A program made the position numbers and the translations under genes. DNA of 63,843 bases, the filler included, from Conidiobolus incongruus B7586 (lineage: Eukaryota), in assembly GCA_000697335.1 (NCBI GenBank). It is 20 parts of 20 records of this genome, joined end to end, with 100 filler letters (N's around TTAATTAATTAA, not from the genome) between each part and the next. Parts side by side here need not be neighbours in the genome. Positions count along the whole stretch, not along the records: positions 32,320 to 46,365 come from JNEM01003692.1; positions 46,466 to 57,265 come from JNEM01003694.1; 18 more parts are not named here. The stretch is one strand, 5' to 3'. The notes below the pieces were generated by a model, which worked only from the letters and a program-made list of their open reading frames with translations, did not search any database and had not been told where the DNA came from. Shown in pieces: positions 42,532 through 57,365 of this stretch (its first letter is position 1; each line of letters begins with the position of its first letter).

Positions 42532-43282
42532 TTAAAATTTGGGAATCCTTAATGAACGACTAATCATTGCTGAACCGCTGATGAAATAAATGAGCACTAT
42601 TGGATGGAAATGGATAAAAGAGAATTTCCAGTCTCTAAGAGGAAGATTAGAGCCGATCTGACCATTTTTAGCAAAGTATGCCAAAATAACTACCAGGATA
42701 AGGGATGTAGGAATAGGCGTGCCTTCGAAGTATTGCACTTTACCATTGCCATCCTTGGGTAAATTGGCTACGGTGGCATTATAGCGAGCCAGTCTAGCAA
42801 GACCACAAGATACGAAGTAAATCAATACAGTTTTATCCAACCAGGTATTTAAACCTAAGCAAAAACCCAAGCAAGCAGGAGCTAAGCCAAATGATATCTA
42901 ATAATAAACATTCAGAACATCATCATAAGTTATTGAAAATATTTACCAAATCAGCCAAACTGTCCAATTCTTGTCCAAGTAGTGAGCTTTCATTTCTCCA
43001 GCGAGCAACTCTTCCATCTAATACGTCGAAAAATACACCAATAGGAATTAGGGTAAAAGCTAACCATAGATGGAAATCATCGCGAGTTGCTTGATAATGC
43101 AAAAGTGAAAGAATAGAGCCAATTCCACAAGCACCATTGGTTAAAGTCAAAAAGTCAGCAACATAGAAATTTCTAACCATAGAAAAGTGTCCAGGATGGG
43201 TATTTGAATAATTTGCATTGGTCTGTCCATTAGTTTTATTTATTATAGATTCGCTTTCTGAACCAGTTCTCTGTCGTAACAT
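42532..43282 (-). CDS. CHO1: CDP-diacylglycerol:serine O-phosphatidyltransferase. Exons 43282-42947, 42897-42532 (233 aa)
   Basis: GHFSMVRNFYVADFLTLTNG. CDP-alcohol phosphotransferase motif DVLDGRVARWRNESSLLGQELDSLADL|ISFGLAPA is joined across a 49-nt GT-AG intron. Also CGLARLARYN and YFEGTPIP. Confidence 0.95.
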
Positions 43283-45898
43283 TTCAATTAATTATAGCAG
43301 TATATAATTTATGTGTAATGAATATGAATAACTTTTAAAATTCAGTTGGTAATGTAATGAGTTAAATTAGAAATTAATATTCTATTAAATATTTTGCTAA
43401 ATTATTCAACCATTATGGGTAATTATATTACACAACTCTCCCACTGTATCTACCTGCTATGATTGGCTGCTTGTTGTATTTTAAAAAATTGGGTCTAGTC
43501 AAATTCGAATATGCTGACAAATTAAAATGATGTCATAACTTGTATCCACATTTTCATTAAAAAATAATAAAAATCTAATGGTTGTTTAAAGATAAATTTG
43601 TCATGTAAGCTAATAAATTCCAAATATTTCTTTTATTATTAAAATTAACCATTTTCACTGTAAGTATATCTTTCTAATCTATTTAAGTTCAAAATGTATT
43701 TACAAATTATTAATTTAATATAACATATTTAATTTACCTTAAATTTGATATAATATATAAAATAATAAGATGTTACTAAATAAATTTAAAATAATGATTG
43801 TTATAAAATATTCAAATGAATTATTTCCAATCAAATACCTTTTAATATTAAAGTCATACACAAAAAATCTATATCAATATGTGATATTAAATTAAATAAA
43901 TCAAATATATATAAAAACAATTTTTATAAATATCATGATTATATTGATATCACAATGTAAATATTCATGAATATAAATATAATATTGTATTTGATTATTA
44001 AACATAATATATTGATTATGAAACATAATTATCAAATTATTATTGAATTTTTATTATTTTATAGTTCTATAATACACATTTAAATATAAATTGTGTATCA
44101 TAATGATAAGTTATGAACTTTTGGATTGCGAAATAATATATCACCACTACAGTTTTTGGGCCTAAAAAAGAAATCGAAAAGCACTAGCCAATAGGAGTTG
44201 CTAAGTTTCAATATAAAATATCAGTATGGACAAAATTCCAATCTATGGCCAATAGACATTTTCCTAATATAGTATATCCTGCTATAAAAGTAAATTATTA
44301 ATTTTTTTTCTTAATATAGTAAGCTAATTGACCTTAAAACGTAACATTTGATAGAAAAAATCTTTGGTGGTGATAAAATATGTATTATTTAAATTAATCA
44401 CAGTATATTTATTATAATCAAAGTTGAATACTAATTTTAATTTCATTTGAAAACACAACCAGATTTTCATATTCCAACAAATAATTAATATTAATTGATA
44501 TTATAAGTAGATGTATTAAACAGAATATTTCTAAATTGGATATTTTAGAAATGCATTAGTATCATTTAAACAAACTGTTCTTGAAATTCACCAGTCAATA
44601 CTAATATATAATATCATACATATCGCAGCATTACATCAATATATTTTCATAAAATACAATTAGAATTGGTTTTCAAATTTCCATTACTACATTAACCATC
44701 CATAATCAGATATAGTAAATGAATAGTATCTCTTTATTTTATTATTTATTATTGAATTAAATATTACTTTGACTATATGCAAACTCTATATTAATATTTC
44801 GAAATTAACCTGGGTTGCATATTCTTGATTCACTATAATCTTTTCATTAATTTTCCAATATTTACATTCCATTCTATTTTAATATTTGAATCTGCCAATC
44901 GGCACAAATTTTTCTAAATTAGAATTGATTGGATTATTTAGATATAGTAACTATCAGTAATTTGTATATAAATATATAAATTTCATTAAATAATAAAAAC
45001 TATTAACTATCTTATAACCTTTTATAATGTATTTTGGACCAATAAGTTGATTTTAGTACTGTATACATATCTATTGAAATCCAAAATTACAAGCTCAAAT
45101 ATTGGTGTAGATGACATTTAAAGTAGAATCAACTTGAGAACTAAGTATTTCGGTTAAAGAACTTAATAGAAAATATTTTACATAGAATAAATCAATATCT
45201 TCGCAAGTTAATCATTATTTTTTATAATTTATTTTTACAAATCACGACACTTGTTAATTAGTAAGGTTTGAATTCATATAAATTTATCAAAATTGATCAT
45301 TATTCGATACACGTGATATGATTCAAATATTTAAATATCAAAAATTTAGTAATAATATATCACATTTTTGTTGTATACCTATTTTTTATTCGAATTTGTT
45401 TTATTATTATATAAATATTTAATATAGGCTATTCAAATATCAAAATATTAAATTAATATATTATTTAGATTTTTTTTAAAAATAAATATCTTTAAATCAG
45501 ACAGTTTTCTAATCGGAACATAGAGGTACAAATTCCTTTTCAAATATTGTTATTAATTAAATGCACTTAATAAGTCGATATACAAAATCAAGTAAAGTAA
45601 ATTATTTGTAATGCAATGTAATATTGTATAATATATTTATTATAGTAAGCAATATAACTAGAGATATTTAAGTTTAAAACATTCTTATCAGATAAATTAT
45701 TGATGATGAAATGAATCTGAATTTCCGCGTTTATCCGATATTTATATGATTAATCGGATCTTACTGAAATTTCTCAGCAATTTATTAGATCCAAATATCA
45801 TTTTAATTACAAATATATAGGCGATTAATTTTAACCATTGAAGTATCTAATCTTCATCCTAATTAAATATAGAATAATTTAGCAGTATTACAATATTA

Positions 45899-46345
45899 AT
45901 GTCCTTTATACTAAGTAAATCTGTTCCTCGCACATCTTTGAATTTTAGATCATATGTATCAAGATCATCCCTGATCAATAAAAAGAACAGATACTTTCAT
46001 AGTAATTCTTCCAAATTAGCTTGGTCTGAAGCAGTGAAAAAGGCTGAATCCTTAGTGAACCCTACCTCAAAGCCTTTAATTGATTTCAGGCAAATCGTTC
46101 AAGATGATCTCTCCTTATTAAATCATAATATCAAAGAAATTCTATCTTCGGGTCATCCTGTATTAAACACTATCTCACAGTATCACTTTAACGTTGGAGG
46201 TAAACATATTCGTCCTATCATAGTATTGCTACTCTCTCAAGCTACTAGCATTGCTCCCAAGAAAATTGATAATCCTAGTTTGGTTGATATTGATCAGCCT
46301 ATTGATCAAAATTTCACTTTGAACGGATCAAGATGGAAAGATGAT
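45899..46345 (+). CDS. COQ1: Trans-polyprenyl diphosphate synthase, mitochondrial; 5' partial (truncated by gap)
   Basis: Basic Ser/Arg-rich presequence, then WSEAVKKAESLV, LSSGHPVLNTISQYHF..GGKHIRPIIVLLLSQAT, typical of fungal Coq1. Confidence 0.85.
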
Positions 46346-46445
46346 TATAATACTCACGGTAAACCNNNNNNNNNNNNNNNNNNNNNNNNNNNNNNNNNNN
46401 NNNNNNNNNTTAATTAATTAANNNNNNNNNNNNNNNNNNNNNNNN

Positions 46446-47100
46446 NNNNNNNNNNNNNNNNNNNNTAAAAATTAAAGAATAATATAAAATATAATAATAT
46501 ATTAAAATAATTGACATTTATTTATTAAATTTCATAAAAAAAACTATATTAATATTTTTTATTTGTATTATAATAAAAATTATAATTTATTTTAAATACT
46601 ATAGTTTTAGTTATACTTCAGTAAAATTTATTTTACTATTATTATTCTAGTATTTCTGAGTTTTAATTATAATTACAAAATATTAATTTTATATTTTTAT
46701 TAATTAATCTAAGTTTCAACTTAATATATATAATATAGCTATATAATAAATATTAAGATGGATTAAGAGTTTTTGAATTAAAACAAAATGATATTTTTGA
46801 ATATATTTTTATTCTATAATAATAAAAAAATAATAGTTAAAATTAGATTTTTAAATTTTAAAAAGTTTTGAATAATTTTTTTTAAATTTAGAGTTAATAA
46901 TTAATAATAAATAATTAATTCAAATAAAATATTATTTTTATATAATTTATGGTTAAGTTTAATAATAATTCAATAATCAAGTATTAATAATTATTATTTT
47001 ATATATATTTAAATATGAACTTTTAAAAATTAATTTTTTAATAAAAAAGAATTAAATATATATAGATTAATATTATTTACTTGCTTATTTATTTATTTTT
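46446..47100 (-). mobile_element. Decayed mariner family B 5' half
   Basis: 46690-47065 aligns with ~23000-23430. Confidence 0.55.
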
Positions 47101-48017
47101 AAAATTAACAAATTTCTTATTTATTTAATTTTTAGGTAATATTAATATAATTAATTGGAGTTTTGAAAATACATAAGAATTATTTGTTAATACTCAATAA
47201 ATATATCAATATTATTATTATACTTTTAAAGTTGATATTTAATTATAATATATCACTAGATATAATTTTTCTTTGTCTTATTCTTTCAATCTAAACTCTT
47301 TATAATCCTTTGGTAGGATTTTATATTCTAATTATTATTTATCAATCTTTACTTTTAATTGATAAAATATTTTGCTTTTGCATTGATTTAAAGATAATCT
47401 GAATTTAGCTTCATATTTATATTTTGACTTTTTAATAAAACAGTATATTGGAAACTTAATATAAAAATAAATTGAATTTTCCCTAAATATTTTATAATAT
47501 GATAAAGGATCATTTATATAATATTTACATCAGAGTTTTTACTATTTAGTCAAAATGACTAGTTTCAATTTAATTTAGTTATAAAGTCAATAGTCATAAT
47601 AGTTCATTCAGTTGAATATATTATATAATTAAATGTTAATCTCATAAATTAATCAACTTATAATATTTAAATAGTATTATTATATATCAAACTTCTAAAT
47701 ATTTTAAAGCACTAATTTATATTTAAATTGATTTATAATTATGCTTCACATTGCTATAATAGATTATAGTAATAATAATAGTTTTAATATAAATATAAAA
47801 TGATACTGGATGAATAATTTTAAAGTATTTGAACTTAAATTATTTGATACTAAATTTAGATTATTGTCAATTGATATATATATATTCTTGAACACCATGT
47901 ATTTGATCAAATAGATAAAAATAAAAAATTAATCTTTATCATTTTTTATAAGTAATCAATTATGTTTATAAATAACTAAAATGACCAAAAAAAATCAATA
48001 CAAAACTCACTAAATAA

Positions 48018-49107
48018 TTATTCGAAATTCAATTCATTATTATTGCCCCATTTGCCCCAAGATAAACGAACACGATTACAACCTACATCGAGATTAATAA
48101 CTATATAACTAGATTTAATATTGTAATACCTATGAATTTGTTGTTCATTTCAAAAATTGCTGATTTGGCACTGGATCTCTGTTCGAATTGGACAAATCCA
48201 CAATGTTTGAAAGGTAAAATTTTGGTGGTGACTATTGGTCCAAATTTGATGAACTCACTATGATTCACTAAGTTAGAGTTGAAAAGGTTTAATGGTTGAT
48301 TATAAGGTACTTGTAAAGATCCTCAGGTGTAATAGTATCAGCTAGATTTCCAACGAACACCGATGTGATGGATTGATCCATTTTGCCGACGTTAGAAATA
48401 TTAGGATTTTGTCTAGGTGCTGCTTCTTTCACAGTTAATGGTTTGTTTAATAGTAAAGAGCCGTCCATTTCCAGTAAACACATGAATTGTTCAAGTTCGT
48501 CTCCAAATCGGATAAATCCATAACCCCTACTATTGGACATCAAATCATCTTTCACTACCTTGACTCCACGGACAGACGTATATCTTTTTTTGAAATGAGC
48601 CTATAATCAAAGTCAGTTCAAGTTCTGATGATAAACTATTCAACTTACGAATAAAATTGCATCAGTTACATTTGGATCTAAATCACCAACATAAACAGAA
48701 AATTCAGGCAATTTGTACTCACTATATATTAGTGTTAACATTCATCATGTTTCGCTGTAGTTTATTGAAATTACCCTACTGAGTCAACACCACAACCAGC
48801 AGCCCAATTCAATCGAAAGCTCATATCTCTAAAAGGAATAGGAGCATTGTTTAAACTATAAAAAGCTTTGTTTGCGAATTCAGAACTAATGAACTTGACA
48901 AAGCAATAACCCGAGTTAGGAAAATTGTTGGTAGCATCTGCAACCATTTTCACATCAACTTCATATCCAAAATAGTTCCAAATCTTCTCAACCATTTCCT
49001 CATTCATCCATCTCTCCAAGTTTCCCATCCTAATCCTTTGTTAGACAAGTATATGAACCAGCTAAAAAATGTTACCATAAAGTTGACTTGTCGGGACTCA
49101 GATCCAT
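48018..49107 (-). CDS. Three-RRM RNA-binding protein, Nam8/Ngr1/RBP45-like (280 aa). Exons 49107-49076, 49029-48775, 48721-48649, 48600-48311, 48257-48130, 48082-48018
   Basis: Spliced STLWMGNLERWMNE...SGYCFVKF...FRLNWA; EFSVYVGDLDPNVTD...SRGYGFIRFGDE; TSVFVGNL...KHCGFVQF...RVRLSWGK. Five GT-AG introns (46-53 nt) keep the frame to TAA. Confidence 0.9.
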
Positions 49108-52100
49108 GGTGAACGATTTGCGCGTTGGATAACGCGAATAGGACTTATTTATACTCAACTCAATATATGAGACCCTGCCATTAATGAATCACTTTGTATT
49201 AATATACTAGAGTATTTTGGGAGAGTTATTAATTCAACACACATAAATATATATTATATTCTGGTATTTTATTGGTTAATATTTTTTATTAAATATTTTT
49301 GTTTTGTTAATAACTTAAATGTTGGGTCATATAATGAATTCTTAGTAATTTATATTTAATATTTAATTTAATATATGAGTCATATGCGTCTATATAATCT
49401 AATTAGATTTCAAGGAGTTATCCATTAACTCATTCAAAAGTCTGAAAAGTACCAATCAAAGTCAATGATTCGACTATTTTAATAATCAAATTATAATATA
49501 CAGTTAACAAACTTACGTAAAAATTGAGTTAGTTAAGATAACATTATTCTTTTCCTTGAATAACTCAAGGAAAAATAATATAGTCGCAATGAAGGTTATT
49601 CAGAATTCAATTTCTTGGTGCCAAAAACGGATGAATTGAATTCAAATTGTGAACAAAGGCTAGATTCGAACGTATCAATAAATCATTTAAAGTAGGAACC
49701 TTTTGACTGTATTTTCATTTATTAATTCACTAATATTATTGAAAAATAAAGCTCCTTCACATATATTAAAATAGTGTATAAATGATATCCTAAAGTACGT
49801 TCCATATAATACTTGAATATAATTTGAATATGATATTTCAAGGAAATTATATATCAATACAATTCTAATTTTTACTATTTTAATATATTTCAAAATACTC
49901 TCAGTTCATTCAGATCTGATCAATATTTTACAATAAAAATGGTGATTCGAAATTTTATGAACTAATTATAATTTACAGTTAGAGTTTAATATCAAAATGA
50001 ATTATATATAAGTATATTGAATAAAAAATTGATAAATAAAATTTACAACACATTTTCTCTGTATATATAACAACTTATTTTACTGATTTGAATATGTAGC
50101 ATAAACCAAATTTATTTGAAATTTTGATTTGAATTGCTCAATAAATTTTTTCACCATTTTGTAAACTTTACTGTTGGAGTGTTGATTGGAAATAAATATA
50201 TACCGAATTCGGTACTGTTTATTAATTAAGATGAAGATATTTAAAATGTTTATATTGATTTGAATTTTACTAATAATATAATTACGACATCATTCAATGT
50301 ATTTTTATTTTAATTCACTCTAAATTCTCTCCATAGTTGCAAAATCGAGTTAAAATATTGAGACAGACTGTAATAAAAATTTTTCGTCTTATATCAATGA
50401 AATTTGCAATTTGGGTATAATGGCGAAGTATAAGCACAGAATTAGCAATTTAGGATAGGTTGAGATTTAATAGTTTTAGGAATAAATCTTTCCATTGTTT
50501 TGATGTAAAGCCCTTTACGTTGTCACAATTTAATGGAAAGTAGAAATGAGATGTGAGAAAATTAATCAAGTGTAAATCATACAAAGTATATCGTGGTTAT
50601 CACTTGGTACTAGGAAGTAAGATTTGTAACCCTCAGATTTTGTAGGTTTTGGAGAATAGCACATAATAGTTGGTTTGTCATTTTTAGAAGAATAATAGTC
50701 ATTAATAGAGTGATTTGAAGTTTCAGCTCTCTAGGAACTAAACTGGTTGCCAGCTACTTTGATAACATTGATAACAATCGGTTCAAATGGGGTTGGACCC
50801 GTGTTATTTATATGAACAATATCGAAAGCGCACATCATTGTTTATCCAATAAAGTAATTTAAAGCTGAATTTTTACCATGATCGCATTTGTAATATTAAA
50901 CACCTTCTATAATCAACAACGCTTGGCCATTTTTAAAATCCTATTGCTAGGAAGATAATTTATGTTTAGTCTTTAAAGCCAATAAAATATAAGTATCGAA
51001 GAATCCATAAGGATAAATATCAAACTCTATCTTATGAAGTAATAAATTGAAAATAGTATGAACTACATCTGGCTTGCTATAAAGTTTCCGGTCATTGTTA
51101 CCCAGTTTATGACTTAATGCTACAACGAATTTTTTAGAGATAGAACTTAGTTTAGAAATACTATTGCAAAATATATGTTTTCTGTTCCAGTCATCGAAAT
51201 ATATTCTTGATTGATAGCAGGTAATATATGTTGATCTTAGTATAATTTCTAGTATTTAGCATGAAAATGTACAAGATCTCTTTTCAACTATTTTATAATT
51301 CAAAATAATGTTTTATATATATAATAACAGGATATAAATATGTGAAATAGTTGAAACAAATATTCGGTATTTTGAAAATAAACATCTTCATTTGTTAGTT
51401 TGATTAAAAAATAAATTTTAATGAAATGGCAATTTGTTAGATTGGTAAACAACTTATTTTTATACTCATTATAAAATATGTTACTATGTGTTATTCTAAG
51501 CATTATATAACATTGAGGCTAAAATGATATCACACTTCTAGAAGTTGAAGTCTATTTTGATTTTCAACAGCTGTCAATTAATATATTTAATTCACCAGAA
51601 AAATTACCATTATGATGAATGGTAATTCAAATACACCTAAATTCTGTTTCAGAAAATAGGTTAAATACATTTTCAAGTTTTTGATAAAATGTATTGGTTT
51701 CAATGAAAAGAGTATGAAATCCTAATAAAAAAATTTAAATTATATTGATAATATGAAATTCAGGCTATATTATTTAATTTATTATGAAAGAATTCAGTGT
51801 ATATAAATATTTTAAGATAATTTATATATCTTGAATATCAGAATTAAAATTGCATAAATTTACTAATTTTATTTAATATTTTATTTTGTATAAACATGAT
51901 TTAAAATTAAATAATATTTTTAGAAAAATATTAAGGTCATTTTATTAAAAAACAAATTTTTAATATATTAATCAAATTTTTTAAGAAATATAATAATTCA
52001 GAGGTATAATATAAGGAATAAATTTATGATAGAAATATAAACGTATATCTGGAACTAGAAAATTGAATTTGAAAAAATATATTAATATTTTTGACATCGT

Positions 52101-54722
52101 AAATGAAGAATGTATGTAAAATTTAAATGAAAAGTTTTATGCGTTCCAATTATTGTTCGATTAAAAATTGTTTCAAGTTCAAATATATATATATGATTGG
52201 TTGATTATAAAATCATCAAGTTTTTATTTAATTGGAAATTTATCCATTAAATTTGGAGGTGGACTATCAATAAAGTAACATATTTTACTTAGACTTTGAA
52301 TAAGCTTAATTTTAAGTATAATATTAAGCTTAATATTTAGAAATAATTTGAAATTTATTTAAATACACTGAATCTTTTTATTCAAAAAGTTATCCATTAT
52401 CTGAAATATATTTTAATTTTATTATTAAATAAAAAAATTTGAATAATTTAGTTTTAAAATATATAATGATATATTCAAAATTGAATAATTATATCATATA
52501 TCAAAATTATAAAGTTTGATGAACTATACAATTCAATAGCAAAAAAGATTGTAAGAAACTATAATGTTATCATATTCTTTTCAATATTCGTAAGTATGAA
52601 TACAATGTTCACATTCCACAACGTCTTCACAATATCAGAATAAATTAAAATATATTTCCAAAAATATACAGTTATTTCAGCATATGTATTTCAATATATT
52701 TTGAAGTTCATGAATATCGAATTCTCAATTGATAATTGTTAGTTAAGTTACTATATATAATATTTAAATCTAATATACACTTATATATTCACTTTGAAAT
52801 TTGATCACATAATTTTCAATATTATTAATATGATAAATTTCTTATTTAATTACAATCATTAACTTGGATCACATGATAAAATTTGTTTATTTTAGCTGTT
52901 TTTTAATTGGTTAAATCCCAAAAAAAAATAATTGTATTAAAGATTTTTAACTATATTCATATTATAAAATTTATAATTTATATTAGTTTTATACATTTTA
53001 TCATCATATTTGTATTATTATAATCGAACCTAAACTTGATTAATTAGTTTTTTATTTTAATGATATTATTTTACTATAATATTTCGGATATAATAATAAA
53101 TTTGTTATTTGATATACAATATATAGATATTCATATTTATTTGTTATTGAGGTATTTCAAAAAATTATTGAAAATTGTGACGGTATAGAGTATTAAGACT
53201 AGTATACATAAATAGCTTATATTTATTCTTTAAGCGCTGCAACTCAATCCCTAAAGCCATGTAATAGGTAGAAATTTGTTTTACTGTGTTATAGATTTTG
53301 AAAATTGATATCTCACTGGAACCATATTATATTCGAAAAATTATTTTACAATTACTATAAAAAATAATTGCAGCTAATTTTATAATCACTTATTATATTT
53401 TAGCATATATGAATTTATATGCGAATTTTAGAATCAATAGTATTTTGATAGCATATGTCAACTTAAAAATTATTAAATTGGATTTATTGAAGAATTATGT
53501 CCAATTGATATTAATTTGAAAATTTTCAATAGTGATATAAAATTTATAAAAGCAAAAATATTCTATATACCTTTAAGCTGATAAACCTTAATTTAGACAT
53601 TTATCAAAATATATTTAATTTCTATGTTATAGTTGATAAAATGTGGATTAATAAGGCTCTAAATTTGGGTACCGAAATAGATATCAGAATATATATCATG
53701 ATTTTTTATTTATATAATTTCGTTCAAAATTATTTATCATTTAATTTTACTGATTGAGCCAATTGTCATAATATTGCATATTTAGACTTTTTAACTAATA
53801 TAATACATGAATCACTATTGAATATTTAACGAAAATAGATTTTAAAACTATCTTGATTTTGTAATAAAAAATAAATTAAATATCAATTTGAATTCAGTAC
53901 TTTAAATCAAATAAAGCTATAAACGTACGAACAGGTTCAAATTATTATCTTTATCACGATATCAATAACTATTAATATAATCAAACATTAAATTAGATTA
54001 ATTTATACTAAAAGTTATATATCGAATAGCATCATTTAACAAATTTATCGATCATATATAAATATTTAGATTTATTGGACAATATTAATTTTGAAAATTT
54101 AATGTGAAGATGTAAATAGATTTGTGAAATAATGAGTTATAATGATATATGATCTATCAGTGTAATTTATAACCAGTTAAAATTACAGATATGCAATGAA
54201 ATATTAACAATATCAATTGGAAGAATCATGTAAAAATAATATTCCTTTATTATTATTTTAGGAAAAATCAATTATAACAGATCAAACTTTAGATTTATAA
54301 AATATTGAATATAAGTAAATTTTAATCATTATTAAAAGTAATTATCAAATTTATTGAATTTTCAAGTGCTATGGTTTAATTATTCCAATTCACTTATGAT
54401 AAAATGGGTTTAATACAAAAAATCTTAAAACTTTATAATCATAATTCGAATCTAGATTGATATAAAATATATAAATAACAAACGATTATATAAAAAATGG
54501 TTCATACATTGGGAAAAAATAAGTTATAAAAATTCAATCTGATATATATAAATAATCTTTATTTTTCGAACAAATTGTAAAATATATCAAGTTTACTAAT
54601 TGTGATAGGAATAACCCAAATTAGATTACTAATAAAACTAATTATTTAAAATATTTAATTATAATAAGGTTGAAAATAGAATTAAATAATTAAAATTACA
54701 CATTTATTGAATTTAAAAAAAA

Positions 54723-57265
54723 TTAACGCTTTTCCTTGACGAACAATTGAAGCGAAATGAAAGAGAAAGTAATCATGAGAATGAACATGACTCCGAGTTT
54801 GATAGTATCGGGCCAGAAAGCGGATGCATCAAATCCGAAGGATGAGAGAATACTGGCGCCAGGAATATCAATAATCAATCCAAATTTGTTATCTTTGAGT
54901 TGCATGTACTTCAATTCATTCACTAACATGGATTCGAGAGCATAATTGAAAAATGAAAGCTCTTTGAGCCATTTGAGATAACCTGGAATGGATGTCTTAT
55001 TCAAGAACAATCCACTAAATAGCATGTTAAATAACATAATCAAACTGCAAACTAAATTAGATAATGAAAGATCTGAGATTAAAATACCGACCAAAAATAC
55101 TACACTCGAAGCTGTCAAATTAAACAAAATTAAAATGAGCAAAAATTTGAAGAATGGAACCACACCGGGGTTCAAACCAACCATTGGATATACGATAATT
55201 CCCATGAGAATTGGAGGAATCAATCGTAATGGAATAATATCAAAGATGATCTTGGATGAGAAATAGGTGATAGGTGCATAGTAGCCATTGGCGCGTTCTC
55301 TCATAAAAAGGATACGCTCAGGCTGGAATACTTGTAATGAAGTTAAGCAACTGAATCCGAACAGAGCACACATGAAGAAGAATACACCCATACGATTTTG
55401 GAATCCAGAAATATCATCGGTAGTGTGATAATACAAAATACCACAGAGTAAACCAAGTACCACACTCATGCAATAATTGGCAAGCATGAGTAAGGGATCA
55501 CGATAAAGATTTTTAAAGGTACGCATAGATAAGATCTTAAATTGTGTGAACCATGAACTACGTTTATACCCTCTACCAATTGACGAATGGGTGGATTGAG
55601 CATCTTCTTGATCTTGTGATTTAATATTCTCAATGGAGGCAATCATATTCTTATACAGATCACTATCCTTAAAGAGTTGGACCAAGTTAGATAGATAATC
55701 AGCTTCATTCCTAACTGTTTCTGATGATACAGTTGGAATGTCATCTGGTTCTGAATGAATCATATGACCTGCAGTATTTGAATCTGATCCCCATACATTG
55801 GATTCAGTTTGACTCTCAAGATCGCCTTCCAATGTATTATCAGGGAGTCCAATATTGGGCATTGTCGAAATTCCAGTTAGAAGATGAGTTCTACTTGAAC
55901 CAGAACCTCTGGATTGAGGTTCCTGAGTCCAATCCAACAGATAGTCAGCAACGTTGAAACCAGCAGGACAAGGATGATCGATTGAGTCAAGATAGTCAGT
56001 AGTATAATTAGCTGGTCCAGAATATACCATATTACCACCAGCAAGTAATAAAAGCTTGTCAAACATGGTGTAAATATTACTTCTAGGTTGATGGATAGTG
56101 AAGATAATAGTACGTTTGTAATCGCGAGCTAAAGTTTTAAGACTTTCAATAACATTATAAGCATTGTAAGCATCCAAACCAGATGTAGGTTCGTCTAAGA
56201 ACAATATAGAAGGAGAGGTGACAAGTTCACAAGCAATGGATACACGACGCTTTTCACCACCAGAGATTCCCCTTGCAGCAGAATTACCAATTCTAGAATC
56301 CTTGATACCAAGGATACCAAGTTCAGCCATGGTTTCTATCACACGACCTTTCTTAGCCTCATAAGACATTTCTCTAGGAAGACGAAGTAAAGCAGAAGTC
56401 ATAATAGTCTCAAAAACAGTCAAAGTAGGCATAAGAGTATCTTCTTGATCAACATACCCAACAACCTTGCGGAATTCGCGATCCCCAATGTTTTTACCAT
56501 TGACATAAAAGGTACCACTAACCTCCCCAGTTTTATTTCTTCTGGCTAAAATATCAAGGAAAGTAGTTTTACCTGCTCCTGAAGCTCCCATAATCGCCAT
56601 CATTTCACCTGGTTCTACTAAACCCGTAATGTTATAAAGAATAAGTTTATCACCAACGGAATAGCTGACATCCTCGAAAACTAAAGTAGATGGAACGTGG
56701 TGAGACATGAGTTTATCTGCTTCATCGTCAAAATCGACAGGAACATAGCCATTGTCTTTTTTAACTTTTGAAACATTGTATAACCAGATTCCAAGTACTG
56801 TGAAAAAGATAGCAATAGTTGAAAATGCAACAATCATAAAAATTTTATAACTTGGCTTTTTTGGTGGAATTTGACCAGGGATTTGGGAATGGTACAAACA
56901 TTCGCCAGATTTACAGTCAATAGTAATAGCAGAATCCCCAAAAACACTCAAGATCAATTCATTCATGGCAGGTTCTTCAAATTGACACTTATTTCCAGAG
57001 CATTTAAAATCACCAGGACCTTTAATTTCTTCAGTGAGGAAATCAGAAATATCGATACTACCCTCTTCACCGCAGAGCATCTTCCCTGGAATACATTCGC
57101 ATGATACAGTTTCACACTTGTAGTTTCTGTTCTTGCCGTTGTATTCTTCCGCTGAAATAATAAATCAATAACAATATTTTTATTTAAAATTATTTAATAT
57201 CTTACGAGATGTAAAAGTACAATTTTTTAACTCACAGAAAAAAGATTGTACTTGAGCGACCCAAA
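54723..57265 (-). CDS. ADP1: ADP1-like ABCG half transporter with Cys-rich N-terminal domain; 5' partial. Exons >57265-57206, 57151-54723
   Basis: WVAQVQSFFCELKNC...CECIPGKMLCGEEGSIDISDFLTEEIKGPG, Walker A GASGAGKT, signature ISGGEKRRVSIA, Walker B LFLDEPTSGLD and a C-terminal TMD. 54-nt intron at 57152-57205. Confidence 0.93.
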
Positions 57266-57365
57266 NNNNNNNNNNNNNNNNNNNNNNNNNNNNNNNNNNN
57301 NNNNNNNNNTTAATTAATTAANNNNNNNNNNNNNNNNNNNNNNNNNNNNNNNNNNNNNNNNNNNN

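Noticed and set aside
40470..43094. ORFs 40470-40733 and 42891-43094
   Set aside because: Antisense shadows of the 156-aa ORF and of CHO1.
48018..49107. RRM protein as selenocysteine factor SECp43/TRNAU1AP
   Set aside because: It has three RRMs ending RLSWGK, the Nam8/Ngr1 architecture. No tRNA-Sec, SECIS or in-frame TGA was seen, and the only tRNA is Pro(AGG).
49550..49574. 10-bp hairpin TTTTCCTTGA-ataac-TCAAGGAAAA (similar ones near 51602 and 52301) as terminator or Helitron end
   Set aside because: Eukaryotic context, no downstream CTRR and no second copy; plausible by chance.
49687..51503. ORFs 49687-49893 and 51300-51503
   Set aside because: I/N/K/F/Y-rich chance ORFs with no motif or GC elevation.
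54757..57104. Five short ORFs overlapping the ABC transporter
   Set aside because: Antisense or alternative-frame shadows of ADP1.
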